Source: an uncultured Bacteroidota bacterium
GTDB taxonomy: Bacteria; CLD3; SB21
Assembly (NCBI GenBank): GCA_964415295.1
Contig: CAYPYN010000003.1
Location: 294,417 to 358,416, forward strand
Direction: 5' to 3'
DNA: 64,000 bases
The position numbers were made by a program, and so were the translations under genes. Under the pieces are notes generated by a model. The model was given only the letters and a program-made list of their open reading frames with translations. It did not search any database and had not been told where the DNA came from. Shown one piece after another: positions 27,879 through 37,795 of this stretch (positions are counted from its first letter, which is position 1; each line of letters begins with the position of its first letter).

Positions 27879-28039
27879 AGTGAAAAAAATAGTGTTGACT
27901 TTTATTTTTTTTACGTTAATATTTGCCATTACATAAAGCGGATGAAATCCCGGCTGATCTTTTTTGAACCGCTTTCAGACCTGATTGTAAAATGAACGAA
28001 AATTACTTACCTGAACTTTAACTCTTATAAACTGGAGGC

Positions 28040-28672
28040 TTGTCTTTTATGGAGAAATCATTAGTTGATTATTTCAACGAAGGCGGATTGTTCATGTGGC
28101 CGATTCTTTTCTGCCAAATCATCGGGTTGGCCATTTGTATCGAACGTTTTGTCACGTTGACACGTTCCGGCCTTAATACAAGAAAATTCTTAGTTAAGAT
28201 CAAACAAGCCCTGGACGAAGGCGGTGTACAGCGTGCTATCGAAGTTTGCGCCAACCAGCGCGGTTCCGTAGCTTCGATCTTTCATGCCGGGCTTCTGCGC
28301 GCTCACAAAGGCGTGGATCAGGTGGAAAAAGCGATCGTTAATGCCGGCGCTATCGAAATGGCGTTTTTGGAACGCGGTATGGTTTGGATCTCCTTCTTTA
28401 TTGCCATGGCCCCGATGCTTGGATTCACCGGCACGGTGCAGGGTATGATCCAGTCCTTTGAAGCTATCGCCAAAGCTAACGACATTTCTCCGACCATCGT
28501 TGCCAGCGGTATCTCCGTGGCCTTGTTGACCACGATCTTCGGTCTGGTTGTCGCTATGTTGCTTCAGTTCTTCTACAATTATTTTACCGCCAAGATCAAC
28601 CGTCTGGTGGTTGACATGGAAGAAGCTTCCGCTGAATTGGTCGAAACCATCGTCGAGATTGAACACAAATAA
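28040..28672 (+). CDS. exbB: MotA/TolQ/ExbB proton channel.
   Basis: 3-TM pattern and conserved ExbB C-terminal helices. Confidence 0.8.
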   Translation: MSFMEKSLVDYFNEGGLFMWPILFCQIIGLAICIERFVTLTRSGLNTRKFLVKIKQALDEGGVQRAIEVCANQRGSVASIFHAGLLRAHKGVDQVEKAIVNAGAIEMAFLERGMVWISFFIAMAPMLGFTGTVQGMIQSFEAIAKANDISPTIVASGISVALLTTIFGLVVAMLLQFFYNYFTAKINRLVVDMEEASAELVETIVEIEHK

Positions 28673-28687
28673 TTAAGGAAATATCGA

Positions 28688-29089
28688 ATGTTAGTAGAAA
28701 AAAGGAAAAAGAGTTCGGCGGATATCCCGACCGGTTCGTTGGCCGATATGGCCTTCCTTTTGCTCATATTCTTTATTGTGATTACGACGGTGGGAACGGA
28801 CAAGGGGATCGACCTTGTATTGCCTCCCGAAGGCGATGTGAAGGAAATTCCAAAGACCAATATCATGAATATCCTGCTAAACGATAACGGTGATATTCTG
28901 ATCGACGAAGAGCCCCGTTTTATGAACCAGATAAAGGATATCGTAAAAAACCGGATCATCAAAAACGATAAGATCATCGTTTCGGTTAAAACGACCCGCC
29001 GGACACCGTATAAGATCTTTGTAGCGGTCCTTGATCAGCTCAAACAGGCTGAAGCTAAGAAGATCTCGATAGCGGAACCGGACAAATAA
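28688..29089 (+). CDS. exbD: ExbD/TolR biopolymer transport protein.
   Basis: Single TM, then a periplasmic domain; ~133 aa. Confidence 0.75.
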   Translation: MLVEKRKKSSADIPTGSLADMAFLLLIFFIVITTVGTDKGIDLVLPPEGDVKEIPKTNIMNILLNDNGDILIDEEPRFMNQIKDIVKNRIIKNDKIIVSVKTTRRTPYKIFVAVLDQLKQAEAKKISIAEPDK

Positions 29090-29110
29090 AAGCAGAAAGT
29101 CGGAGATGAT

Positions 29111-29533
29111 ATGAAATTTAGCAGGAAAAAGAGCGCTGATGCGATCATCCCAACAGCGTCGATGTCAGATATCGTGTTCACTTTGACACTGTTCTTCATG
29201 GTGTCAACGGTGATCAAGAAATTCAACGGTTTGCCGGTTGATGTACCGGATGCCTACCAGATCGAAAAGCTGCAGACCAAAACCCATACTTCCTATATAT
29301 GGATCGACGAAGGTCAGAATATCTCGTTTGACGATTATCCGATCTCATCTATGGAAGAGATCTATACTCTGGCCCGTCAGAAAATAGAGAAAGATGTCCA
29401 GTTGCTTATATTCATGCGCGTGGATAAGAATATGGCCATGGGAGTATTGGTGGATGTGCAGCAGGAGTTGAGAAAGGCCGGAGCGTTGCGTGTGTATTAC
29501 GCCACGAAGACCAAGGCGTCTCCTAATTATTGA
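29111..29533 (+). CDS. exbD: ExbD/TolR biopolymer transport protein, second copy.
   Basis: Same architecture; 140 aa. Confidence 0.75.
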   Translation: MKFSRKKSADAIIPTASMSDIVFTLTLFFMVSTVIKKFNGLPVDVPDAYQIEKLQTKTHTSYIWIDEGQNISFDDYPISSMEEIYTLARQKIEKDVQLLIFMRVDKNMAMGVLVDVQQELRKAGALRVYYATKTKASPNY

Positions 29534-29565
29534 TAGCATGACTCTATATGCAGAAAGGGTAACAT

Positions 29566-30207
29566 ATGAAACTTTATGAATTGCGTATGCAGCATGCGAA
29601 GCTATTTGAGGCCTCTATCATAATTTCCATGCTGTTGGTAACACTGATCCTCAGATTCTATACGTTCGGTGAGTCTGAGAACCAGATCGCAAAAGCCGAT
29701 ATTCAGTTCGAAGTATCCAAGGTTGATCTGACCAAGCAGATCAAGCGTGCACCGCCGCCAAACCGGCCGGCCGTACCGATCGCTTCGGAGACCGAAACCT
29801 TGTTGGGCGATGAGACCATCGACGATACGGATGTGGATCTGATGGAGATTCCGCCGCCGCCGCCGCCACCGGCTAAGAAAGACGAAGGTGGTGGTGAAGC
29901 AGAGGTCTTTGTTGCGTACGACACACCTCCGGATCTTAAGGGAGGATTTGATTTTATTCGTAAGAATCTGAAGTATCCCGATATGGCCCGTCAGGCCGGT
30001 ATCGAGGGTAAAGCCGTGGTCAGTTGCGTCGTCGATGAGAATGGGAACGTAGTGAGGGCCGAAGTGATCAAAGAAGATGGTAATGTAGGATTTGGTCAGG
30101 CGGCAATCGATGTGATCATGAAAGCCAAATTTAACCCGGCACGGCAGCGCGACAAAGCCGTAAAAGTCCGGATATCAGTACCCGTGGTATTCAAACTAAA
30201 GGGCTGA
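29566..30207 (+). CDS. tonB: Energy transducer TonB (Pro-rich linker plus C-terminal TonB domain).
   Basis: PPPPPPPAKK linker; C-terminal YPDMARQAGIEGKAVV...FNPAR motif. Confidence 0.8.
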   Translation: MKLYELRMQHAKLFEASIIISMLLVTLILRFYTFGESENQIAKADIQFEVSKVDLTKQIKRAPPPNRPAVPIASETETLLGDETIDDTDVDLMEIPPPPPPPAKKDEGGGEAEVFVAYDTPPDLKGGFDFIRKNLKYPDMARQAGIEGKAVVSCVVDENGNVVRAEVIKEDGNVGFGQAAIDVIMKAKFNPARQRDKAVKVRISVPVVFKLKG

Positions 30208-30223
30208 TCCAGTAGAGATTAAA

Positions 30224-30262
30224 CAAAAAATCCCGTTCGAATAATCGAACGGGATTTTTTGT
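30224..30262. terminator. Bidirectional rho-independent terminator (after tonB on + and after tRNA-Met on -).
   Basis: 11-bp perfect stem atcccgttcga/tcgaacgggat, flanked by aaaaaa upstream and tttttt downstream. Confidence 0.75.
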
Positions 30263-30271
30263 TTGTAGGCG

Positions 30272-30344
30272 TGGGCCATCAGGGATTTGAACCCCGGACC
30301 AAAGGATTATGAGTCCTCTGCTCTAACCGCTGAGCTAATGGCCC
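30272..30344 (-). tRNA. tRNA-Met (anticodon CAT). Elongator-type; could be tRNA-Ile2 if lysidinylated.
   Basis: Folded by hand into a 73-nt cloverleaf: GGGCCAT acceptor, GCTC/GAGC D-stem, anticodon loop CTCATAA, T-loop GGTTCAAATCC. G1-C72 pair, and no GGG/CCC in the anticodon stem, so not an initiator. Confidence 0.85.
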
Positions 30345-30412
30345 AAAAAAGCGGTGTAATATATACGCCGCATGGCATATAATCAATAAATTTTTCCTGG
30401 AAATAATGAATT

Positions 30413-30802
30413 TCAGCTGAAACTCTTGATGCAGTCCTGCTGGGTGGGATATATTTCGAACACTTCGGCTAATTTGGTGATATTCAAAACGTTCTTTACG
30501 AATTCATTGTAGCCGCCGATCTTAAGATCGCCTTGTTTGTTGTGCGCCGCCGTATACAGGGAGATCAGACTTCCGAGACCGGAACTATTGATCCGCTTGA
30601 TCTTCGAAAGGTCGATCACGATATGCCTGATCTGATCGTCGAGTAATTCCTTCACGGCGCTCTGCAGCATCTTGATGTGCTCTTCCGTCATCAGTTTGTC
30701 TTCGATCTCCACAACGGCCATAATATCGGTGATCTTTCGGGACGTGACTTTGACCTTGCTTTCGCTGGCGATCTGTACTTTTTTGCTTTGTTTCATTTGC
30801 AT
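30413..30802 (-). CDS. STAS-domain anti-sigma-factor antagonist (SpoIIAA-like).
   Basis: 129 aa; conserved Ser region INSSGLGSL. Confidence 0.7.
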   Translation of the reverse strand: MQMKQSKKVQIASESKVKVTSRKITDIMAVVEIEDKLMTEEHIKMLQSAVKELLDDQIRHIVIDLSKIKRINSSGLGSLISLYTAAHNKQGDLKIGGYNEFVKNVLNITKLAEVFEIYPTQQDCIKSFS

Positions 30803-30816
30803 TTTGAAGCTTGTTT

Positions 30817-31245
30817 TTATTTCTTGCCCAATTTGGCGTTGATTGTATCTAAATGTCTGTTCATATCCTGTAAATGACGTTCCAGTATCCAGATCTCCTC
30901 GCCGGTTTTCTGAATGGCGGCCTCATCACCGCTCCGTCCGCCGTACGAGAGACTGTTGCATATTTCGTCAAATGTGTCGGCCGAATGCTTCAGATAGGTT
31001 ACAAAATACCGTATGTCTTTTCGTACTTCCGAAAAATCGAGCTCATGCGACTGTGACAATTCGTTCGCTTTCAGCCGCAAATAGGTGATGTTGAGTTTGA
31101 AAACATTGAGGTCGTCAATGACCTTATCAATGTCTGCCTCACGTTCTTCGGGGGCTTCGATACGCATATCCAATTCCATGGACTTCAAATCAAGATGGAT
31201 TCTGCGCAGATCGTTGGCCAATTCCCTGATCTTATCCACTAACAT
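30817..31245 (-). CDS. Hypothetical coiled-coil protein, co-oriented immediately upstream of the STAS gene.
   Basis: ORF only; no recognisable motif. Confidence 0.4.
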   Translation of the reverse strand: MLVDKIRELANDLRRIHLDLKSMELDMRIEAPEEREADIDKVIDDLNVFKLNITYLRLKANELSQSHELDFSEVRKDIRYFVTYLKHSADTFDEICNSLSYGGRSGDEAAIQKTGEEIWILERHLQDMNRHLDTINAKLGKK

Positions 31246-31373
31246 TTTAGTCTGACCCCGAAAAATAAATGAGATGAGACAGGTCCAAGCAGCAATCGTA
31301 GTCTAAGCAATTTTCCAGAGACAGTCAATAAATAAAAATACGAGACCGCAGAACGTATCGAAGTTTTCAGAGT

Positions 31374-31964
31374 CTAACCGTGATTGGACTTAATGAAGCG
31401 AAGCATCCGTACGGTATACGCGCCGAACGAAACGATCAAAAGGAAAGTGCTGATCCACAACAGGCCCAGATAAAAGCGCTCAATGCCGAAAAAATCTTTT
31501 ACGACATATACGGTCACCATGAGTGCAATGACCGTAACGGTGATCTTGCCGAGCATGTTGGAAGTGAAAAGATAGTTGTATTTTTTCTTCACGTACAAAC
31601 CGGCCCCAAAAATCAGCATGTCTCTCACCAGGGCGAGGAGAAAGAACCATAGCGGAAAATCAGCACGAAACAAGGCCAGAAAAGCCAGGATGGCCGCCAT
31701 ACCTATTTTGTCGGCTACCGGATCGACCACTTTGCCGAATTCAGTGACCTGATTCATTTTTCTCGCCAGCAGTCCGTCAAACGTGTCGGTCAACCCGCCG
31801 ATGATCATCAGACCGAAGGCCGCCAAGTTGTACACAGGCTCAGAGTTCCCAAGATAAAGCAAGTAAATGATCGGGATCACGATCACGATTCTGGAGAGGC
31901 TCAGGAGATTGGATACAGTCAAGATCCTGTCGGTGTATGGCGAATCGGGCATTTCCTGATTCAT
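31374..31964 (-). CDS. CDP-alcohol phosphatidyltransferase family protein (PgsA-like).
   Basis: DGx2ARx8Gx3Dx3D motif (DGLLARKMNQVTEFGKVVDPVAD). Confidence 0.75.
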   Translation of the reverse strand: MNQEMPDSPYTDRILTVSNLLSLSRIVIVIPIIYLLYLGNSEPVYNLAAFGLMIIGGLTDTFDGLLARKMNQVTEFGKVVDPVADKIGMAAILAFLALFRADFPLWFFLLALVRDMLIFGAGLYVKKKYNYLFTSNMLGKITVTVIALMVTVYVVKDFFGIERFYLGLLWISTFLLIVSFGAYTVRMLRFIKSNHG

Positions 31965-33022
31965 GGTTGTTCGGCCGGTGGTTTGGTTGAGAACGTGCGA
32001 GTGATCACATCCAGTTCCCGCAAGAACTTCAGTTTTTTGATCTCTTCAGGAAAGAACAAGGCCTGGTCTATGAAGAAAATCCGTTCGCCGGCCTTGTCGT
32101 AAAACGCGTAACTTCGGAAAGGTCCGCCGAAAGCGTTTTGGATCTGGACGGTTTTCCAGATTCCTGAATATATCAGGGCCGGTATGCCGTTAATATCGGT
32201 CTTATAGAACTTATCAAACGACGGCGTCGTCATCACCGGATCGACAAACCAGGATCCGATCTTATTACGCGTCCGGATCATCCAGGATCGCGTGAGAAAA
32301 CTATCGGGGACCGTCCCGCTCTCCAAAGGCAGCCAATAAACGGAGATCCAGCGTTGCAGGGACTTGTACATGGAAGTGGCATGAAAACGTACGTAGTGGC
32401 TGTCCGGTTTTTCTTCCGCAAGTTTGTAATCCGGATGCACCCTCATGGTCCAGCCGTATTTTCGGTACAATTCCTTTTGCAGCTCCTTATCTTCCAATGG
32501 CGCCGACGTACCGTAGAGGAAGTCGGTCATCAGGTGTGTTTTGTGGCGGTCGAATATTTCAAAAAGCTGATCGCTGTTGTCTTGAATACGCCGATTCAGG
32601 TTCTCTATATTATTGGATGTGAGAACCATTAGTTTCTGTCCGATGGACCACTCGTCGTCACGCGTGAAAACAAAATAATCCCCGGATTGCACGGCCGCCG
32701 CCGCTTCATCGTTTAGCATGCTTCTGACCGTGCGGGAAACCGGTTCGTCGGAATCCAATGTTCCGATCATGATGATGTATTTATATTTTTTATACGTTTC
32801 GAAGACCCGTTCCGGCGCGTATTGAAGATAAAAATCCGTTTCCGTTTGCGGGGTGATGAATGTGCGTTCAAAAACGATCTGAAGCGTTTCTTTAGCCCGG
32901 CTCCATTGGAGCGAATCGGCGATCACGATGACCTGATCGTCGCCGCCGATAGCCGCGGACTTTTTCAGATCGCCGCATCCTGCGACTGCAGCGATCAGTA
33001 CCATAGCAAATAGGTTCTTCAT
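31961..33022 (-). CDS. Hypothetical lipoprotein.
   Basis: Lipobox VAGC; no recognised catalytic motif. Confidence 0.5.
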   Translation of the reverse strand: MKNLFAMVLIAAVAGCGDLKKSAAIGGDDQVIVIADSLQWSRAKETLQIVFERTFITPQTETDFYLQYAPERVFETYKKYKYIIMIGTLDSDEPVSRTVRSMLNDEAAAAVQSGDYFVFTRDDEWSIGQKLMVLTSNNIENLNRRIQDNSDQLFEIFDRHKTHLMTDFLYGTSAPLEDKELQKELYRKYGWTMRVHPDYKLAEEKPDSHYVRFHATSMYKSLQRWISVYWLPLESGTVPDSFLTRSWMIRTRNKIGSWFVDPVMTTPSFDKFYKTDINGIPALIYSGIWKTVQIQNAFGGPFRSYAFYDKAGERIFFIDQALFFPEEIKKLKFLRELDVITRTFSTKPPAEQP

Positions 33023-33972
33023 GCGTGTTTGCTCTTTCTCAATAAAAAAACCAGAGCGCCCGGCAACGTAGAGATCATTGAGACTATGTACGTTATGAAG
33101 CCGATCGAAAATGCGGTTTCTGCCTGAACGCCGATTCTCTTAAACAGTAAGACCGTTGTTTGTTCCCTCGGACCGGTACCGCCGATAGAAATCGGAAGAC
33201 TGGCCGCAAGAGAAATGATCGGAACAAATATGACATAATACAATAGCGAAGAATCGTTGCCCATAGCCCGGCCGATGGCCCAGATAGTTAGTATTCTCAG
33301 TCCTTGCACGACGAGCGAAACCATAAATATCACTAAGAGATGGCCCGGCATGGTTCTGAAGCCGTGAATCTCATAGTAAAGATGCCTGAGCCTTTCGTAT
33401 AGGCTGTTAGGTATGAGTACGGAAAAAGGTTTTACCATGATATCGGCGGCTTTCTTGTTGAATGCCACGACCAGTCCCAATATCCATATGGCCAGAAGGA
33501 TGGCAATGCTCCCAAACATCCGTTCCGATTCACCGCGGCCGATCATAAAAGCTCCGGTCACACAAGCGAAGAACATGAGCGTCAGCAAACCTACGAACCG
33601 GTCAAAGAAAACGGTGGCCAGGGCCGGGGATAATCTTTCCTGATTGGGCGAATGCTTCTGGATATCATAGACCCGCAGGAGATCACCGCCCATACCGCTG
33701 ATCAGAAAATTGTTAAAGAATAAGCCAACGTAGTAATATCCCAGTGTCCTCATGTAAGGAAGATGGATATCTGACATCTGCAGTATGAGACGCCATTGAA
33801 ACGCGCCGATAAAGTAACTGACCGACAGAAGTACGAACGACCACCCGATCCAGCCGGCGTCCGTTTTGAGGAACTGAAGTTTCAACGCCTCAAGGTCAAT
33901 CGATCGCACAGTAAAGAAAATGATACCAACACTGATCGCTACTTTAAGAACAAAATACAGATATTTTTTCAT
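33019..33972 (-). CDS. UPF0104 / lysylphosphatidylglycerol-synthase-TM-region (flippase-like) membrane protein.
   Basis: Polytopic; N-terminal YFVLKVAISVGIIFFT and overall UPF0104 topology. Confidence 0.65.
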   Translation of the reverse strand: MKKYLYFVLKVAISVGIIFFTVRSIDLEALKLQFLKTDAGWIGWSFVLLSVSYFIGAFQWRLILQMSDIHLPYMRTLGYYYVGLFFNNFLISGMGGDLLRVYDIQKHSPNQERLSPALATVFFDRFVGLLTLMFFACVTGAFMIGRGESERMFGSIAILLAIWILGLVVAFNKKAADIMVKPFSVLIPNSLYERLRHLYYEIHGFRTMPGHLLVIFMVSLVVQGLRILTIWAIGRAMGNDSSLLYYVIFVPIISLAASLPISIGGTGPREQTTVLLFKRIGVQAETAFSIGFITYIVSMISTLPGALVFLLRKSKHA

Positions 33973-33984
33973 GCCGGCGAAAAT

Positions 33985-36870
33985 CTATTTCTTTTCCATT
34001 CTGTTTCTTATTTCGGCAAGTTTGGCCTTGGCCGTGCCGTCCTGCGGATTGCGGGCCAGCCAGGTTTCAAGGATCGAAGCCGTTTGAGCCAGATCGCCGC
34101 TTTCTTCAAGCGCCTGGATATAATAACCCAGCGCTTCCGGGTTGGTCGGATTCGAATCATAGATCGGCTTCAGCATTTCGACCGCGGTCTTGGCATCCTT
34201 CAGCACAAAAAGGTACAGGGCCGCGATACGGATCTTGCCGCTGGGATCCACCTTGTAGGATTTTTCATTGGCCATCACCTCGCCGATATACTCCTTCAGT
34301 TTTTCCGGTTTTCCGGCGTCGGCATAAAATTGTCCGATAGCCAGCTTCAGACGGTAATCGCGCATCGGCACGGCTGTTTCGGTGATGGTACTCTGCATGG
34401 AATCAAGGATCGCCACGATCTTTTCGTCGGGCGTCAGCGTTTCGGCAAATTCCTTATCGATTTTGCTTTCCAGCTTGCCGTACATAGGCATTACTTTTTT
34501 CTGCCTGTAATATTCCACCATGCGCAGGAAAAGTGTCCGGTAATTCTGAGTAAGGCGCCGGATATTATCGTCGTAAGAAATACCGGCAACATTCATGTTA
34601 CGGTATTGATACGTCTTGAATGTGTTCTCATACATCTTGTCAATCGACATTTCCTGGTCGGGTACCGTGATGAGCTTGTAAGCCAGGCCATCCATCCGCA
34701 AATAGCGGCTCAGGCCAACCTTATTATCGTCGCTGACCGTTATGGCGTAATAGATCGGGCGATTGAATTTATTGGCAAATACCATGTCCAGCACCATCAG
34801 GTCCTGCACTCGTACGCCCTGTCCGGAGATTGTCGGATCGACTTTGAACTTCATTTTGGGAATGGACATCGTATCGTGATTCGCGGGAAGTACATTTCCC
34901 GACTCGACCCAGTCCTTCCAATATACTTCTTTGGGTACGTCGATCGTGAATTCCCTCGATTTCCAGCGTGTCGGCTGAATACCTGAATTGGGTATCTTCG
35001 GGTCGCCGAGGATCTGCCGGTCCGTATAACCGATAGGTACTTTCATCGCCTTAAACGTGGAACCGTCTTTCATCTTATATTCCAGTTCATGGTTTTTCAA
35101 CTGATTGATATACCAATCCGTATTGAGAAGGCTGAGATTCACGATTCGCACATCCGGTCGAACTTTTTCGACTTCCTGCAGATACCAGAGCGGAAAAGTA
35201 TCGTTGTCGCCGTTGGTGAAGATCATGGCGTTGGGTTCGCAGGTCTGCAGAAGATTGTACGAATAGTCCCATGCGACGTAATTGCCCTGACGGCTTGATG
35301 TGTTTTTGTTGTAAAGGAACATATTGACAGGAAGCAACAATATCATTACAAAACAGGTGCCGTAGACGGCCGTCTGCACGAAAGAGCTGTTCTTCAGTTT
35401 TTCTTCGATCGCTTCGATAATGGAATGTACGCCGATACCGATCCAGACGGAGAATGAAAAGAACGCTCCGACGTAACTGTAATCACGCTCACGGGGTTGA
35501 GGATCCGGCTGATTGAGGTAAAGTATGATCGCAATTCCCGTGGCCATGAAAAGACCGAAAACAGCTAACGCGCGTTTCCAATCCCGGCTGAAATGGTGTA
35601 CGGCGCCGATGATACCAACAATAAAAGGTATGCCGTACAAACCGCGTAAACTGAATACGGTAAACACGTAACCGTAACGGTCTTCTTCCATATTCTGCAG
35701 CTGGTCCACCGTCCAGCCTGCCGAATTGCGCGCATGGTCGATGAGGGAAAGCGCCATCTCATCCGGCCGTCCGATGAATTGCCAGTTAAAATAACGTACG
35801 AACATTTTGTTGAATTGGTAATCCCAAAATGGCGCGATCCTCGGCCACATGGAGAAGTCGCCGTACTGCTCGCGGTTGAGATAGCTGATGAATTTCTGCC
35901 AATTGTCCGGATCGTTCTGGTCAATATTCGGATTCATCCCGGAGCGGATCATGATCAGGGCGTAGGTGGAATAACCGACAAAGATCAGCAGAGAAGCGAT
36001 GACCATAAGAGCGCCGTTGTGATTGTTCTGCTTGATCATGTAATAGGACAAGTAGATCAATAAGCCGAAAAAGGCTGCCACCGAAATGCCGGCCAGTCCG
36101 AATTTATCAAAGAACAGGGGAATCTGAATGCTCCAGAAAATAAAGGCTTTGTAAATGATGCCCATCGCAATCAGACCGATCACGACGAACTTCAGAAAAC
36201 TGCCGAGCGTAATATCGAATTTCTTCGAATAAATGATGAAGAAGATAAAAGGCAGTGCGAGGATATTGAGAAGGTGAACGCCGATAGCAAGTCCGATCAT
36301 GTAAGCGATAAGAAGCAGATACACGTCGCTGTGAATATCATCCGGTTTTTCCAGCCAAACCATGATCAGCCACACTACGATGGCGGTAAAAAAGGTGCTT
36401 GAGGCGTATACTTCCGCTTCCACGGCGTTGAACCAGTGGCTGTAAGTAAAAGCAAAGGTCAGAGCGCCGATCGCGGCCGACAAGGTTATTTTAAGAATAC
36501 CGAAAGTGTCTTCCGGCCGGGCTTTCCACTGCAGGAGCAGGCGGACGACCGTCAGGTAGAGGAACAGAACGGCGAACGCGCTCGCCAGCACGGAGATCAT
36601 ATTGACGCGGAAGGCCACATCGTAAGAGGTGACCGCGTATCCCAGCGCATGCCCGACCTCCGAAGTGGGGAGCATGGAAAAAATGCGTCCCACCAGCAGG
36701 AACAGCGGTGATCCGGGAGGGTGGGGTACGGCCAGGCTGTAAGCGCAGGCGGCAAATTCACCGCAATCCCAATACGATAACGTCGGGGATACGGTTGTAA
36801 AATATCCCAGAAAGGAAATAAGGAAAACTATCGTTCCCGTTATGCGGTTTATCTTCAAGTAATTAGACAT
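33985..36870 (-). CDS. DUF2723 (O-mannosyltransferase-like, GT-C fold) membrane protein with a C-terminal TPR region.
   Basis: N-terminal YWDCGEF..PHPPGSPLF motif typical of DUF2723; ~14 TM; TPR tail. Confidence 0.75.
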   Translation of the reverse strand: MSNYLKINRITGTIVFLISFLGYFTTVSPTLSYWDCGEFAACAYSLAVPHPPGSPLFLLVGRIFSMLPTSEVGHALGYAVTSYDVAFRVNMISVLASAFAVLFLYLTVVRLLLQWKARPEDTFGILKITLSAAIGALTFAFTYSHWFNAVEAEVYASSTFFTAIVVWLIMVWLEKPDDIHSDVYLLLIAYMIGLAIGVHLLNILALPFIFFIIYSKKFDITLGSFLKFVVIGLIAMGIIYKAFIFWSIQIPLFFDKFGLAGISVAAFFGLLIYLSYYMIKQNNHNGALMVIASLLIFVGYSTYALIMIRSGMNPNIDQNDPDNWQKFISYLNREQYGDFSMWPRIAPFWDYQFNKMFVRYFNWQFIGRPDEMALSLIDHARNSAGWTVDQLQNMEEDRYGYVFTVFSLRGLYGIPFIVGIIGAVHHFSRDWKRALAVFGLFMATGIAIILYLNQPDPQPRERDYSYVGAFFSFSVWIGIGVHSIIEAIEEKLKNSSFVQTAVYGTCFVMILLLPVNMFLYNKNTSSRQGNYVAWDYSYNLLQTCEPNAMIFTNGDNDTFPLWYLQEVEKVRPDVRIVNLSLLNTDWYINQLKNHELEYKMKDGSTFKAMKVPIGYTDRQILGDPKIPNSGIQPTRWKSREFTIDVPKEVYWKDWVESGNVLPANHDTMSIPKMKFKVDPTISGQGVRVQDLMVLDMVFANKFNRPIYYAITVSDDNKVGLSRYLRMDGLAYKLITVPDQEMSIDKMYENTFKTYQYRNMNVAGISYDDNIRRLTQNYRTLFLRMVEYYRQKKVMPMYGKLESKIDKEFAETLTPDEKIVAILDSMQSTITETAVPMRDYRLKLAIGQFYADAGKPEKLKEYIGEVMANEKSYKVDPSGKIRIAALYLFVLKDAKTAVEMLKPIYDSNPTNPEALGYYIQALEESGDLAQTASILETWLARNPQDGTAKAKLAEIRNRMEKK

Positions 36871-36904
36871 ACGGTGTGAAACTCCTGAAAGTATGGATGA
36901 TGAT

Positions 36905-37780
36905 TTATGATAATGTCAGTTTGTTCTCTTTGTCCAGAAAGTAGTCTCTGAGGGCCTCATCCCAGTCGGTCATGAGGTCCATTCCCATTTTCTCCAAACG
37001 GTCGTTGCGGAGAACGGAATAAGCCGGGCGACGAACCGCACTGCCGAATTCGGCTACCGTGGTCGGCTCCAACTTAACCGGTGTTCTTGTCAGTTCGAAA
37101 ATCTTTTCGGCAAACTGAAACCATGAACACGCCCCGTTATTGGTCGCATGAAAAAGGCCGTAATGGTCTTTGTCAATCATGGCTTTGATCTGGCGAGCCA
37201 AATGCACCGTAAATGTCGGCGTAAGAATCTCGTCGTTCACGACCCGGATCACTTCTTTTTCTTTGGCCAGTTTGAGCATGGTCTCTACAAAATTGGTCTT
37301 CTTTCCGACGGCCGGATGTATGCCGTATAGACCGGAGGTCCGAACAATCACATGCGACGTGCAATAAGCGGCTACATAGTATTCGCCGGACAGTTTACTA
37401 ATGCCATACACATTCAGCGGGGACGGCCGATCGGATTCCACATAGGGCACGGTCTTTTTCCCGTCGAATACGTAATCGGTGCTCACATGTACGAGTTTAG
37501 CAGCGAATTTTCCGCAGGCCACTGCCACATTCTTGGCGCCGAGGGCATTGATCGTAAAAGCTTTCTTGTCATCGGCCTCGCATCCCGGCACATCGGTCCA
37601 CGCGGCCGTATTGATCACTACATCCGGACGTTCCGATTTCATCAATTCGAGTATGCGGACCGGATCGGTGATGTCGCACTGATCCACATCCGTTGGAATC
37701 AGATCACAGGTTCCGGCAAGGATCCGCATCAGGTCCCTGCCCAACTGGCCTTGAGCGCCGATTATCAAAGTCTTTCGCAC
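36905..37780 (-). CDS. rfbD: dTDP-4-dehydrorhamnose reductase.
   Basis: N-terminal GAQGQLG Rossmann and RfbD-like length (291 aa). Confidence 0.85.
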   Translation of the reverse strand: MRKTLIIGAQGQLGRDLMRILAGTCDLIPTDVDQCDITDPVRILELMKSERPDVVINTAAWTDVPGCEADDKKAFTINALGAKNVAVACGKFAAKLVHVSTDYVFDGKKTVPYVESDRPSPLNVYGISKLSGEYYVAAYCTSHVIVRTSGLYGIHPAVGKKTNFVETMLKLAKEKEVIRVVNDEILTPTFTVHLARQIKAMIDKDHYGLFHATNNGACSWFQFAEKIFELTRTPVKLEPTTVAEFGSAVRRPAYSVLRNDRLEKMGMDLMTDWDEALRDYFLDKENKLTLS

Positions 37781-37795
37781 GTATACCCCATTTTT

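Noticed and set aside
29820-29885. CCG-rich run (ccgccgccgccgccaccggc).
   Set aside because: Encodes the poly-Pro linker of TonB; not a repeat element or SSR of interest.
30345-30372. Hairpin plus A/T tract read as a plus-strand terminator for the tRNA region.
   Set aside because: The T-run is on the wrong side for the plus strand. It is only meaningful on the minus strand, and there the stem has a C-A mismatch, so it is reported only as a low-confidence observation.
33796-34986. 396-aa plus-strand ORF.
   Set aside because: Lies entirely antisense within the clearly genuine 961-aa DUF2723/TPR gene; no motifs.
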